Shown: piece by piece, positions 31,805 through 41,343 of the stretch
Position numbering within the stretch: the stretch's first letter is position 1
Layout: each line of letters starts with the position of its first letter
Assembly (NCBI GenBank): GCA_001873215.1
Contig: MNYS01000008.1
Coordinates: 66,657-130,656 of the forward strand
Direction: 5' to 3'
Source: Candidatus Levybacteria bacterium CG2_30_37_29
GTDB taxonomy: Bacteria > Patescibacteriota > Microgenomatia > Levybacterales > GWA1-39-11
DNA length: 64,000 nt
The notes under the pieces: generated by a model
What the model was told of the DNA's origin: nothing
Databases searched by the model: none
The model's input: the letters and a program-made list of their open reading frames with translations, nothing else
Program-made: the position numbers and the translations under genes

Positions 31805-31842
31805 TTGAGAGTTTCTTTAATTATACCAAAAGGAGGACGAAA

Positions 31843-33174
31843 TTAATTTGCTTCCACGGCGCCCTGGGAGTGTTCTACATTATAAAACCTGATGCGGTCT
31901 CCGCGGAAAAGAAGCTCTTTTTCACCTACCGGTCCGTTTCTATGCTTTGCAACAAGAATATTTACAATACGCTGTACTGTAAATTCTTCATCCCTTGAAT
32001 ACAAAAACATTACAACATCGGCATCCTGCTCTATTGCTCCCGATTCACGAAGATCTGCCAATTGCGGTTTTCGCTCGCCTCTATGCTCTACTGCACGGGA
32101 AAGCTGAGAAACGGCAATTACGGGAATTTTTAATTCGCGAGCTAAGTTTTTCAAACTCTGGGAAACATATGATACTTCCTGAACTCTATTTTCAAATCTC
32201 CTTCCCGGATTTGCAAGCTGCATATAGTCAACTATTAATAACTTTACTTCATGTTCTGACTGGAGACGGCGCGCCTTGGTGCGGATTTCGGCAATTGAAA
32301 TTCCTGGAGTGTCATCAATAAAAATCGGCGCTTCCGCAAGTTCTCCCATTGCTGAAGAAAGTTTTTCAAAATCATCTTCTGAAAGATTTCCGGTTTTTAA
32401 TTTCCAAGCATCAATATTTGCTTGGGAAATTAAAAGTCGGTCAACGAGTTCCTCTTTGCTCATTTCCAAAGAAAAAATACCAACAGGAATTTTGGAGTTG
32501 ACTGCTATAAATTGCGCAATGTTTATGACAAATGCGGTCTTTCCCTGTCCGGGACGCGCCGCCAAAACAATTAAATTTGAATCCTGAAGACCTGAAAGAA
32601 GAAGATCCAAATCTACAAATCCTGTTTCAAGACCCCTTAATCTTCCACCGCTTTTATGAAGCTCGTCAAGCTTGTCAAAGCTTTGCGCAAGAGCATCTTT
32701 TACGTGTATGAATCCTTGTTTTATGTGTTCTTGGGATATTTTATAAATATTCTGCTCAGCCTTGTCCAGCAATTCCTCCGATTCAACATTGTCCTCAAAA
32801 GACATGTCGGTAATTTGTCCGGATAAAGATATAAGCATCCGCCGAACATATGTTTCTTTTAAAATAGCCGCATAGTGTTCGCTGTTTGCAGACGTTGGGA
32901 CGGCGTTTGCAAGAGATGTTAAAAAAGATGCTCCCCCAATTTTTTCGTAATTTTTTTTCTTTTTAAGAATTGTCGTGAGAGTTAATATATCGATTGGCTT
33001 TCTCTCTTCGTAAAGCTCAAGCATACAGTCAAAAATATTTTTATTGACTTCCGAATAAAAATAATCAGGCTTGAGCAACTGGGAAACGACCGTCATTGCC
33101 TCTTTATCTATAAGAATCGCTCCGAGTACTGCTTCTTCAGCATCGTAATTGTGAGGGGGAATCCGTGCTGCCAT
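31843..33174 (-). CDS. dnaB: Replicative DNA helicase DnaB
   Basis: 443 aa. N-terminal PPHNYDAEEAVLGAIL; Walker A GARPGQGKTAF; the helicase motifs. Confidence 0.95.
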   Translation of the reverse strand: MAARIPPHNYDAEEAVLGAILIDKEAMTVVSQLLKPDYFYSEVNKNIFDCMLELYEERKPIDILTLTTILKKKKNYEKIGGASFLTSLANAVPTSANSEHYAAILKETYVRRMLISLSGQITDMSFEDNVESEELLDKAEQNIYKISQEHIKQGFIHVKDALAQSFDKLDELHKSGGRLRGLETGFVDLDLLLSGLQDSNLIVLAARPGQGKTAFVINIAQFIAVNSKIPVGIFSLEMSKEELVDRLLISQANIDAWKLKTGNLSEDDFEKLSSAMGELAEAPIFIDDTPGISIAEIRTKARRLQSEHEVKLLIVDYMQLANPGRRFENRVQEVSYVSQSLKNLARELKIPVIAVSQLSRAVEHRGERKPQLADLRESGAIEQDADVVMFLYSRDEEFTVQRIVNILVAKHRNGPVGEKELLFRGDRIRFYNVEHSQGAVEAN

Positions 33175-33184
33175 ATTTTTTACA

Positions 33185-33676
33185 TTATTTACCTAATATT
33201 ACGGTGAATTCTTTTAATTCTTCTATTTTTTTTAAATTTATTTTCTCTGTCTTTTTTATTGTTGTCGGGTCAAGACCTTCCTCACAAGAGTCACCATACA
33301 AAACTACAATTTCAGACGAGATTCCGGATAAAAGATTTTCTGTTACTTTTTCATCAATTCTCACAATCGCCGCCGTATACCCTTCCGTATCTTTCATGTC
33401 TGTTAACGAAGCAGTAGACCTGCCAAGAAGAATTTTTTGCGTGTCTTCGCTTATACTGTACAAAAGCGTTCCGTTTTCCATTATTCCTTTTATACTAACT
33501 CCGGAAATTTCATACTCACCAGGACCGTAAAATGCCATTTTATCGGTTGCTGGAATTTCTTTTTGAGAAAAGGCCAAAATTACATCACAATCAATCTTGC
33601 CAAAAGGAGGCGCAAGAAATGTAACTTCTTTTGTTTTTATTTTTAAGCCTTCTTTTGGCAAAAATTGAATTTCCAT
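33185..33676 (-). CDS. Hypothetical protein (163 aa), immediately upstream of dnaB
   Basis: Weak resemblance to the N-terminus of MBL-fold/UPF0173 proteins (MEIQFLPKEGLKIKTKEVTF...GPGEYEISGV) but no His ligands. It does not resemble L9. Confidence 0.45.
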   Translation of the reverse strand: MEIQFLPKEGLKIKTKEVTFLAPPFGKIDCDVILAFSQKEIPATDKMAFYGPGEYEISGVSIKGIMENGTLLYSISEDTQKILLGRSTASLTDMKDTEGYTAAIVRIDEKVTENLLSGISSEIVVLYGDSCEEGLDPTTIKKTEKINLKKIEELKEFTVILGK

Positions 33677-33782
33677 GTTTTTTTATTTTTTTAAGAATCT
33701 TTTCGGAAGTATCATAGGATAACATATTGCCGGCTTTCTTGACAAGAACCACAATTTATCCTATCATAGCAGGACACCCAAT

Positions 33783-34205
33783 ATGAAAGAGAGGATTGTT
33801 ATAGTCTTTATTGCCGTGGCCCTAGGTCTTTTTGTAACTACCGTAGGATACCTTTTGTACCAACAAACTAAAGTCATTCCAAAAAATTTGGCAGGAACCA
33901 CTACCCAAATAATTGTTACTCCTACCCTGGCAGATAAATATTTTCTTTCTGTTGAAGAACCTACAAACGAAAGCATTTCCAGCAAAAGAACAGTTGTTGT
34001 AAAAGGCAAAACAAACCCGGAAAATACTCTCGTTGTTTCAACAAATCAAGAAGATCAAGTCGCTACTCCTACTCGCGACGGAAGTTTCTCCATAACGACT
34101 GCAATTGATACCGGTGTTAATAAAATTGTGACTCGTAGTATTGCACCAGACGGTGAGGAAAAAATCGATACACGTATTTTGACATTTTCCCAGGAGGATT
34201 TTTAG
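33783..34205 (+). CDS. Hypothetical membrane-anchored protein, beta-rich (Ig-like?) ectodomain (140 aa)
   Basis: N-terminal TM helix, then a Thr/Val-rich beta-strand pattern. Confidence 0.45.
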   Translation: MKERIVIVFIAVALGLFVTTVGYLLYQQTKVIPKNLAGTTTQIIVTPTLADKYFLSVEEPTNESISSKRTVVVKGKTNPENTLVVSTNQEDQVATPTRDGSFSITTAIDTGVNKIVTRSIAPDGEEKIDTRILTFSQEDF

Positions 34206-34206
34206 C

Positions 34207-35031
34207 ATGAAAAGAATTATAAACATAGTCTCATTTATTTTTATAACAATTGTATTTTTAAAGGCAACTATTTCTGTATTTGCAATAACTCCCACACCAA
34301 CTTCTAAACCAAAAACTTCTCCAAATCCTACTACAAGTCCAACTGACGCACAAGACCTTGACCGTATCAAAAAAATAAAAGATCTGGTCGCATCAAAAGT
34401 AGCGGAATTAAAATTAGTTGAAAAACGAGGAATTTTAGGAATTGTAAAAGAAGCAAATAGTACACAAATAACAATTACGGACATCAAGGACGCTATACGA
34501 ATAATAGACATAGATGAACTCACGAAATTTCAAAAAGACAGCGGTACAACTTCTTTCGGAATATCAGATATTAAAAATGGAGCAAGCATTTCTTTTATAG
34601 GACTCTATAATAAAGAAACAAAAAGGCTTCTTGCGCGTTTTGTAGCAAAATCAGTATCGATACCTCTATCTTTTGAAGGAATCGTTACGTCAAAAGATAC
34701 AAAAAAATTTATATTTACTCTAATCGATGACAGTGGGAATAAAAAAATAGCCGATGTTTCTTCTTCTACAAAAACGAGTTTTTATACAAAAGCAGATGGA
34801 ACAACAAAATCCGGATTTTCAAAAGTAGAAATTGGTCAAAGAATGGTAGTTATAGGATTTGCAGATCTTAAAGATAAAGATACTATAAATTCCGAGCGCA
34901 TTATTTATTTTAACGTAGATGATGTTCCGCCTTCAGCTAACATGAAAAAACAGCAAGAAATAGCAAATCTTGATACAAATCCACCTGTTTCATCCGGAAG
35001 CGGAGTAAAAATTCAACCAATTAAAAAGTAA
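34207..35031 (+). CDS. Hypothetical secreted protein with Thr/Pro-rich linker (274 aa)
   Basis: Signal peptide, then TPTPTSKPKTSPNPTTSPT. Start is 2 nt after the previous stop. Confidence 0.5.
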   Translation: MKRIINIVSFIFITIVFLKATISVFAITPTPTSKPKTSPNPTTSPTDAQDLDRIKKIKDLVASKVAELKLVEKRGILGIVKEANSTQITITDIKDAIRIIDIDELTKFQKDSGTTSFGISDIKNGASISFIGLYNKETKRLLARFVAKSVSIPLSFEGIVTSKDTKKFIFTLIDDSGNKKIADVSSSTKTSFYTKADGTTKSGFSKVEIGQRMVVIGFADLKDKDTINSERIIYFNVDDVPPSANMKKQQEIANLDTNPPVSSGSGVKIQPIKK

Positions 35032-35825
35032 TGACACAAGAAAGAAAATTTCTTTCCCTTGAAGAATTTCCGCCTTGCCCAAATTACCAATCTCCTTTTG
35101 ACGCAATTCCCGACGAAACATCACCGGAGTATCAAAATTTTTCAGGAAATGTGTCCCAAATACTTGAAGAATTAAATGCTGCGCATATAGGACCTGACAA
35201 TTTGCAAAACAGGATAACCAGAGTTGTACATCCCCCAAGACTTGTTTGGGCCGCAGTAAATTATAAAATCGCGAGTAAACTTCCGCGCCCTGAAGATTTT
35301 ATATTGCGCGCAACACAACTTGCCCTTGCATCATATGAAAACAAGCTTACACCCTCTTCTATTAAAGACTTTAGAAATTACAACCTTAGATTTTTTCCGG
35401 ATTTTTTGTCTTGCGATGTAAATCAAGTGCAAGATGTCGTAACTTGGGAAGCAAGCAAACCCAAATATTCCAAAAAGTCGGCACAAAATCTAATAAGAAA
35501 ATGCGGATATGGCGATCTTCTTTTTATTGCGATGGGGCAAGGAGGAATAGCCTGTGGAATGGATGTTTTTTTGCGCTACAAAGATTTTTCTTATGCAAAA
35601 AATTCCCTATTTTATACGGCAAGATTATCAATGCATAAAGTAAAAGATGAAAAACCACAGCTTGACGATAAAGAAATTAAATTTCTTAAAAAAGAAAAAA
35701 AAGGACGAAGAGTTGTGATTTTTGATGAAGATCTTTCAAGCGGATCAACAATTGAAAAAGCACAAGATTATTTCTATAGAATGTTTGACTATGAATTTCC
35801 GGAAATAGAAGTAAATTTCATTTAG
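35031..35825 (+). CDS. Phosphoribosyltransferase (PRTase type I)-like protein with ~150-aa N-terminal extension
   Basis: PRPP-binding motif RRVVIFDEDLSSGSTIE preceded by DLLFIAMGQGGIACG. Start overlaps the upstream stop (TAATG). Confidence 0.5.
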   Translation: MTQERKFLSLEEFPPCPNYQSPFDAIPDETSPEYQNFSGNVSQILEELNAAHIGPDNLQNRITRVVHPPRLVWAAVNYKIASKLPRPEDFILRATQLALASYENKLTPSSIKDFRNYNLRFFPDFLSCDVNQVQDVVTWEASKPKYSKKSAQNLIRKCGYGDLLFIAMGQGGIACGMDVFLRYKDFSYAKNSLFYTARLSMHKVKDEKPQLDDKEIKFLKKEKKGRRVVIFDEDLSSGSTIEKAQDYFYRMFDYEFPEIEVNFI

Positions 35826-37207
35826 ATTTTTCTCAAAATCCTGCTTGAGTCTTTTGTGTCTTCCAAAACATATCCCATTCTTTCAATTTTTGCGCGGATA
35901 AGGTCTGCCGCATTGTATTTTCTATCTCGCCTTAGCTTCACTCTTTCAGAAACCATTTCCAGTACACCTTGGGGAATATTTACAAGCTCCAACGCTTTAT
36001 CTTTTATGGAAAGTCCCAAAACCTCATCCATTTTATAAAGACTTGCGGCGATTTGTCCTTTTGGATTTTTTGACCGGACCATCTCCCACAACACCGAAAC
36101 TGCTTGCGGCATATTCAAATCGTTATTGAGTGCATCTTCAAACTTCGCTTCAAATTTCAAAACTCCTCCTTGAGGATTTGGTAAGCTTGCTGCTGTTTCA
36201 TATAGTTTATCAAGTGCGGATTGCGCTGCCTCAAGTCCTTCCCATGTAAAATTCATTTTACTTCTGTAGTGCGTCATAAAAGTAAGATAACGGAAAGCAA
36301 GAGGTGAAAATTTTTTCTTTTCTAGGTCCTCAACCGTATAAACATATCTCTTGCTTCGCGACATTTTTTCACTATCCACAAGCAAAAAATTTGTGTGGGT
36401 CCAATGCTTTACAAACGGCTGACCGGATGCCGCCTCACTTTGTGCAATTTCGTCTTCATGGTGAGGAAATATTAAATCCTCTCCCCCTGTATGAATATCA
36501 AGTGTTAGCATTTGCAAAGTTTTTTGCGCCATAGCACTACACTCTATGTGCCAACCCGGAACACCCTGCCCCCACGGACTATCCCATTTCATAACGCGGT
36601 CAGGTTCTGCTTTTTTCCAAAGTGCAAAATCCGCGCTGTCATTTTTATCTGTCTCAACGGATACTCTTACTGCCTCCATAAGACTCTCCATTTTGTCAAG
36701 TGTATTTCCCGAAAGTTTCCCGTAGTCTTTAAATTTTTTGACATCAAAATAAACATTACCTTCGGCGATATATGCAAAGCCTTTTTCAAGAAGAACTTCT
36801 ATTAGCTCAATCATATCGCCAATGTGATCTGTCGCCCTTGGATAAAAATCGGCCGGAATAATTCCAACTTTTTTTGCGTCTTTTAAAAATATATCTGTAT
36901 ACTTTCTGGAAATTTCAAGAGGACTTTTTCCTGTTTCTTTTGCTTCCTGCATAACAGGATCAATTACTTTATTAATGTCGCTTGAAAAACGGAAATGACC
37001 TACGTCTGTAATATTCATAACAGAGGTAACATCATACCCTTGCGCCTTTAATGTTCGAACTAAAATATCGGATGTAATATAAGTTCTCAAATTTCCAATA
37101 TGTATTTCGCGGTAAACCGTGGGGCCGCAAGTATACATATTGACCTTTTTATCGTTAAGCGGAACAAACTCTTCAATTGTTCGGGAAAGGGTATTATATA
37201 GTTTCAT
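35822..37207 (-). CDS. cysS: Cysteinyl-tRNA synthetase
   Basis: HIGH (HIGN) and KMSKS (KMSRS) motifs; CGPTVY; zinc-ligand Cys residues. Confidence 0.95.
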   Translation of the reverse strand: MKLYNTLSRTIEEFVPLNDKKVNMYTCGPTVYREIHIGNLRTYITSDILVRTLKAQGYDVTSVMNITDVGHFRFSSDINKVIDPVMQEAKETGKSPLEISRKYTDIFLKDAKKVGIIPADFYPRATDHIGDMIELIEVLLEKGFAYIAEGNVYFDVKKFKDYGKLSGNTLDKMESLMEAVRVSVETDKNDSADFALWKKAEPDRVMKWDSPWGQGVPGWHIECSAMAQKTLQMLTLDIHTGGEDLIFPHHEDEIAQSEAASGQPFVKHWTHTNFLLVDSEKMSRSKRYVYTVEDLEKKKFSPLAFRYLTFMTHYRSKMNFTWEGLEAAQSALDKLYETAASLPNPQGGVLKFEAKFEDALNNDLNMPQAVSVLWEMVRSKNPKGQIAASLYKMDEVLGLSIKDKALELVNIPQGVLEMVSERVKLRRDRKYNAADLIRAKIERMGYVLEDTKDSSRILRKI

Positions 37208-37253
37208 AATGGAATTGTATCAGACTTGAGGGTAGTCGACAATAAAGAACAAT

Positions 37254-38741
37254 CTATGCTAAGATTTTTACCTTGCATTTAGCAATAGTGATATCTGTTA
37301 TTTCTGCGGATTTACCAAGATACGTTCTTGGTGTTTGTGAAAGAATTTTTGCTATCAACTCATCGGTTACTCCGGGAAGGCTCCTAACTATTTGCTCCCA
37401 CTTCTCTTTTGTATCAACTTTTACTCCTCTAACCCTATCTTTTAATGTCATGTATGCATTGTCGTATCCTGCGCGACGCAATGTCTGCTGTGCAAATTCA
37501 GACATAACAGCCCAGTTTGAATCAAGAGCAAGTCCTATTACATCAGTATCCGGATAGACTTTTTTAAGACCGGTAAGCGCGTTTTTGTAAGAAATTAATG
37601 AGGTTGCATAAACATTCGGCATAATATATCTTCTTAGAGCACTGTCGGAAAGATCCCTTTGCAGGCGAGAAATCGGAAGTTCGCGTACAAATATATCTAC
37701 ATTTCCGCTTGAAAGTTCTGTGTGCGCCTCACTATTTTCAAGTTGTATCGGATTTACTTTTTGAGCCATCGTTGAAGACCCTGTTGCCGTTTTAATTATT
37801 TCCTGAGCAAGCCAGTCATCGCTAATATATCTCCACATGTCCTGATCCATATCTCTGACAACATTATTGATTCTTTGCACAATTTGAATTCTTTCAAGTA
37901 TGTCTTCATACGGATTTGTTTGCGTCGTCGCAAGCTTATAATCAAGACCAAGACTTCTCACAAATTTTTCAGAAAAATCAATCCAATCTACATCTGGCAT
38001 TGTTGCAGTATGCGCCGAGAACACTCCTACTGCACCGTTTAATTTTCCTTTTAATTTTTGATTTTCAAGTTTTTCTACTTCATCTTCAATTCTTTCCGCA
38101 AATACCGCAAATTCGTGTCCATAAGTCACCGGCAGCGCGTCTTGTCCATGAGTTCTTCCCTCAACAGGAAGCTCTTTGTACTGCTCTGCTTTATTTAAAA
38201 GATTATCAACAATTCCTTCTGCTGCCGGAATATAAATATTTTCTGTTAACCTTTGAATATTAAGTCTTAGGGCAAGATTATCTACATCCTCTGAAGTAAG
38301 GGAGAAATGAATCATCTCCGAAAGATCTTCAAGGGATATCCCTTTAAATCTTTCTTTCATCCAAAGCTCTACCGCTTTAAGATCGTGATCGGTACCTCCG
38401 GGTGATTTTTCTATATATTTTATTCTTCTACCGTCAGCAAGAGTGAGTCTTGGACCAAGTTTTTCAAGAAATACACGTTCTTTTTGACTCATGTTTCTAA
38501 TAACTCCGTAGTCGGAAAGAGCTACAAGATATTTTGCTTCTACTTCAACGCGGACTGACATAGTAGCGAGCTCTGAGGAATATTGACGGATAGGCTTTGA
38601 TTCTTCGGCATATCGCCCGTCAAGCGGAGAAACGGCTGTCAAAGGATCTAATCTATCAAATGATCTTCTTGCCAATGCTGGTCTTTCAGGTCCTGCCATA
38701 CAATAAAACGCATTATACACAAGAGGCTTGAAACAATGCAA
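37254..38741 (-). CDS. purB: Adenylosuccinate lyase
   Basis: SPLDGRY N-terminal motif; fumarate-lyase signature GSSTMAQKVNP. The true start is probably the internal Met at ~38699. Confidence 0.9.
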   Translation of the reverse strand: MHCFKPLVYNAFYCMAGPERPALARRSFDRLDPLTAVSPLDGRYAEESKPIRQYSSELATMSVRVEVEAKYLVALSDYGVIRNMSQKERVFLEKLGPRLTLADGRRIKYIEKSPGGTDHDLKAVELWMKERFKGISLEDLSEMIHFSLTSEDVDNLALRLNIQRLTENIYIPAAEGIVDNLLNKAEQYKELPVEGRTHGQDALPVTYGHEFAVFAERIEDEVEKLENQKLKGKLNGAVGVFSAHTATMPDVDWIDFSEKFVRSLGLDYKLATTQTNPYEDILERIQIVQRINNVVRDMDQDMWRYISDDWLAQEIIKTATGSSTMAQKVNPIQLENSEAHTELSSGNVDIFVRELPISRLQRDLSDSALRRYIMPNVYATSLISYKNALTGLKKVYPDTDVIGLALDSNWAVMSEFAQQTLRRAGYDNAYMTLKDRVRGVKVDTKEKWEQIVRSLPGVTDELIAKILSQTPRTYLGKSAEITDITIAKCKVKILA

Positions 38742-38750
38742 TGAGGGAAT

Positions 38751-40064
38751 TTATTTAACTAATTCTTTTATTGCTTCCTGGAGCTGGTTGTCAAAATCCT
38801 GCCTGCCGGCAGGCAGGTTGCTAGGGTCTGCGCTTTTTGTCGCATCAAACTCCACTTTTACATCAGGTTCCAATCCTGTCTTGTTAACCCATGTCCCATT
38901 TGGAGTAAGCCATTTTGCAATTGAATAATGAAGCGATGCACCACCATCAACATCAAGCGCCTGCTGAACTGTGCCCTTCCCGAATGTTTTCTCCCCAATT
39001 AATTTTGTATTAATACGCTCGCGCAGCGCACCCGCAACGATTTCAGATGCAGAAGCTGATCCTTTATTTACAAGTACTACCACAGGAATATCTGTTAATA
39101 AACCCTTACGAGAGACAGAAAGGTTTTCTTTTGATCCTACCCCATCTTCTTGAGTAACCACTACCCCATCTTTCAAAAATTCAGACGCAATAAATACGGC
39201 ATCATTTAAATATCCTCCTGGATTATTTCTCACGTCAAGAATAATTCCTTTGAAATTATTTTCTTTTTTAATCTGTGGGAAAAGCGAGTTTACAAGCTCA
39301 AGCCATTCATCATTTGTTTTATCTCCAAACTGAGAAAGCCGCATATAGGCAACACTTGCGCAATTAGCACAATCGGTTTTCTCTTCGCATGAATTATTTG
39401 AACAGGCAACTTTTTTTACCCACCCTTTAACGCTTTTTATTGTGATCGTATTTCTCACTATTGTAATATCTGTTATTTGTGTAGTTTTTGCGTGTTGAAC
39501 ACCAAGAGTAACAGATGATCCTTTTGGTCCACGAATTTTGTCAACTGCCTGCGCCACTGTCCATCCGGACATATCTTCATTGTTAACCCTAACTATTATG
39601 TCGCCTGTTTTTATTCCTGCTTTCTCGGCAGGTGATCCATCAAGAGGAGAAACTACCATTATTTTATTGTCGGGTGAAAGAGAAAGCTCGGCTCCTATTC
39701 CTGAAAATTCTCCAGCGAGTTGGGTTTTAAAATCACTATTTTGCTTGGGAGGGAAAAATGACGTATACGGATCATCAAGGCTTGATAACATTCCAGTTAT
39801 CGCGCCGTAAAGCATTTTTTTGGGATTAATTTTTGTCTTGTCATAATATTCCGTATTTATTTTATCAAGAACCGTGAAAAAAACCGACATATCAAGGATT
39901 TGTCCTGCAGGAGGAGTTGCCGGCTTTACTGAAACAACAGGAGAATATTTTTTCCACTGAAGACTAACTTTATTTGTCCCGTAAAAATATCCGACTAGAG
40001 ACGCAATAAGAATAATTAAAATTACCTGTAATCCGCTTAGGGAAACGTTTTTTTTCATTATCAA
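38751..40064 (-). CDS. ctpA: Carboxyl-terminal processing protease (S41) with PDZ domain
   Basis: PDZ segment (GDIIVRVNNEDMSG); VVVLVNKGSASASEIVAGAL; GEKTFGKGTVQ. Confidence 0.9.
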   Translation of the reverse strand: MIMKKNVSLSGLQVILIILIASLVGYFYGTNKVSLQWKKYSPVVSVKPATPPAGQILDMSVFFTVLDKINTEYYDKTKINPKKMLYGAITGMLSSLDDPYTSFFPPKQNSDFKTQLAGEFSGIGAELSLSPDNKIMVVSPLDGSPAEKAGIKTGDIIVRVNNEDMSGWTVAQAVDKIRGPKGSSVTLGVQHAKTTQITDITIVRNTITIKSVKGWVKKVACSNNSCEEKTDCANCASVAYMRLSQFGDKTNDEWLELVNSLFPQIKKENNFKGIILDVRNNPGGYLNDAVFIASEFLKDGVVVTQEDGVGSKENLSVSRKGLLTDIPVVVLVNKGSASASEIVAGALRERINTKLIGEKTFGKGTVQQALDVDGGASLHYSIAKWLTPNGTWVNKTGLEPDVKVEFDATKSADPSNLPAGRQDFDNQLQEAIKELVK

Positions 40065-40078
40065 ATTATGCCTTGACT

Positions 40079-40333
40079 TTAATCCGGTCGAACAACGAAA
40101 GGAAGAAGGGCAAGATATCGGGCGCGCTTAATTTCTATTGTTACGCGTCGCTGATGCTTAGCGCATGCTCCGCTTTTTGACCTAGGGTGAATTTTTCCTC
40201 TTTCACTTGTAAATCGGGATAAAACTTCGCTTGTTAAAAAGGACGGTTCCTTTTTTTCCTTACAAAAAAAGCACGCTTTTGGCGCTTCCTTAATCCTTGA
40301 TTTTCTTGCTGTTTTTACGTCTTTCTTTTTCAT
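40079..40333 (-). CDS. rpsR: 30S ribosomal protein S18
   Basis: CFFCKEK...KHQRRVTIEIKRARYLALLP. Confidence 0.9.
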   Translation of the reverse strand: MKKKDVKTARKSRIKEAPKACFFCKEKKEPSFLTSEVLSRFTSERGKIHPRSKSGACAKHQRRVTIEIKRARYLALLPFVVRPD

Positions 40334-40359
40334 AATTTGTTTAAACTAAACCCTAAAAC

Positions 40360-40860
40360 CTAAAACGGTATATCGTCCGGATTTATGTCTTCTTCGTTTT
40401 TCACTTCTGGTTTTTCATCCTCGTTGGGACTTTTAGTACTTTTTTTTGCGGGCTTTGCTTCTTCTGCTTCCGACTCGGCAGTAACACTTGGCTTTACTGG
40501 CTCTTCTTCTTTCTCACCATGGTCACGCCTACTATCAAGAATAAGCATATCGTTTATGACAATCTCTGTTGTTGTTTTTTGCGTCCCGTCTTGCCCTGTC
40601 CAACTTCTATTTGCAATTCTTCCCTCAACATATACCTTTCTGCCTTTTGTAAGCAATTGTGAACAAAGCTCTGCCAATTTATTCCACGCAACAACTTTGT
40701 GAAAATCCACTTCTTCTCTTTTTTCTCCGGAATCAGTAACCCAACTTCTATTTGTCGCAACACTAAACGTACAAACAGCTGTTCCTTGCGGCGTGTATCG
40801 CAATTCAGGATCTCGCGTCAAATTTCCTATCAACTCTGCTCTGTTAAGACTTCTTGCCAT
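40360..40860 (-). CDS. ssb: Single-stranded DNA-binding protein
   Basis: OB-fold N-terminus MARSLNRAELIGNLTRDPELRYTPQGTAVC; acidic tail ending DDIPF. Confidence 0.9.
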   Translation of the reverse strand: MARSLNRAELIGNLTRDPELRYTPQGTAVCTFSVATNRSWVTDSGEKREEVDFHKVVAWNKLAELCSQLLTKGRKVYVEGRIANRSWTGQDGTQKTTTEIVINDMLILDSRRDHGEKEEEPVKPSVTAESEAEEAKPAKKSTKSPNEDEKPEVKNEEDINPDDIPF

Positions 40861-40932
40861 ATGCTTAGTTATTAGTTATTAGCGTCTAGCGTTTAGTTTA
40901 AAAACTAATCCCTAAACCCTATTTTTATTCTC

Positions 40933-41253
40933 TTAATTATCTCTTATTAGTAAATACCGTAGTATTGATTCATTCACTCTCAATCTGTTATCCAATTCCC
41001 CAGATACCTTATCGCTTTTAAATTCTATCAAAAAGTATTCGCCTTTTTGTTCGTGTTTTATTGTGTATGCAAGTCTTTTCTCGCCAAGACTGGTCATTTT
41101 ATCCGACTCGGTTTTACCAAGATATTTTTTTATATCTTCCAAAAGCTTATCTTTTTGCTCTTTTTTTAAATCACTTTTTAATAATAATACCAATTTATAG
41201 TCACGCATATATTTTTTCCAAAGATTTGTTAATGATATCAAAATCTCACCCAT
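40933..41253 (-). CDS. rpsF: 30S ribosomal protein S6
   Basis: 106 aa with S6-like pattern, sitting in the conserved rpsF-ssb-rpsR context. Confidence 0.8.
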   Translation of the reverse strand: MGEILISLTNLWKKYMRDYKLVLLLKSDLKKEQKDKLLEDIKKYLGKTESDKMTSLGEKRLAYTIKHEQKGEYFLIEFKSDKVSGELDNRLRVNESILRYLLIRDN

Positions 41254-41343
41254 AAATACAAGGGGGAATGTAGCGGAAATTTGTTTGTAAAAATTATGTA
41301 TGTTTGATTTATTTATTTAAAGTAATTACAATTGTAAACAATC

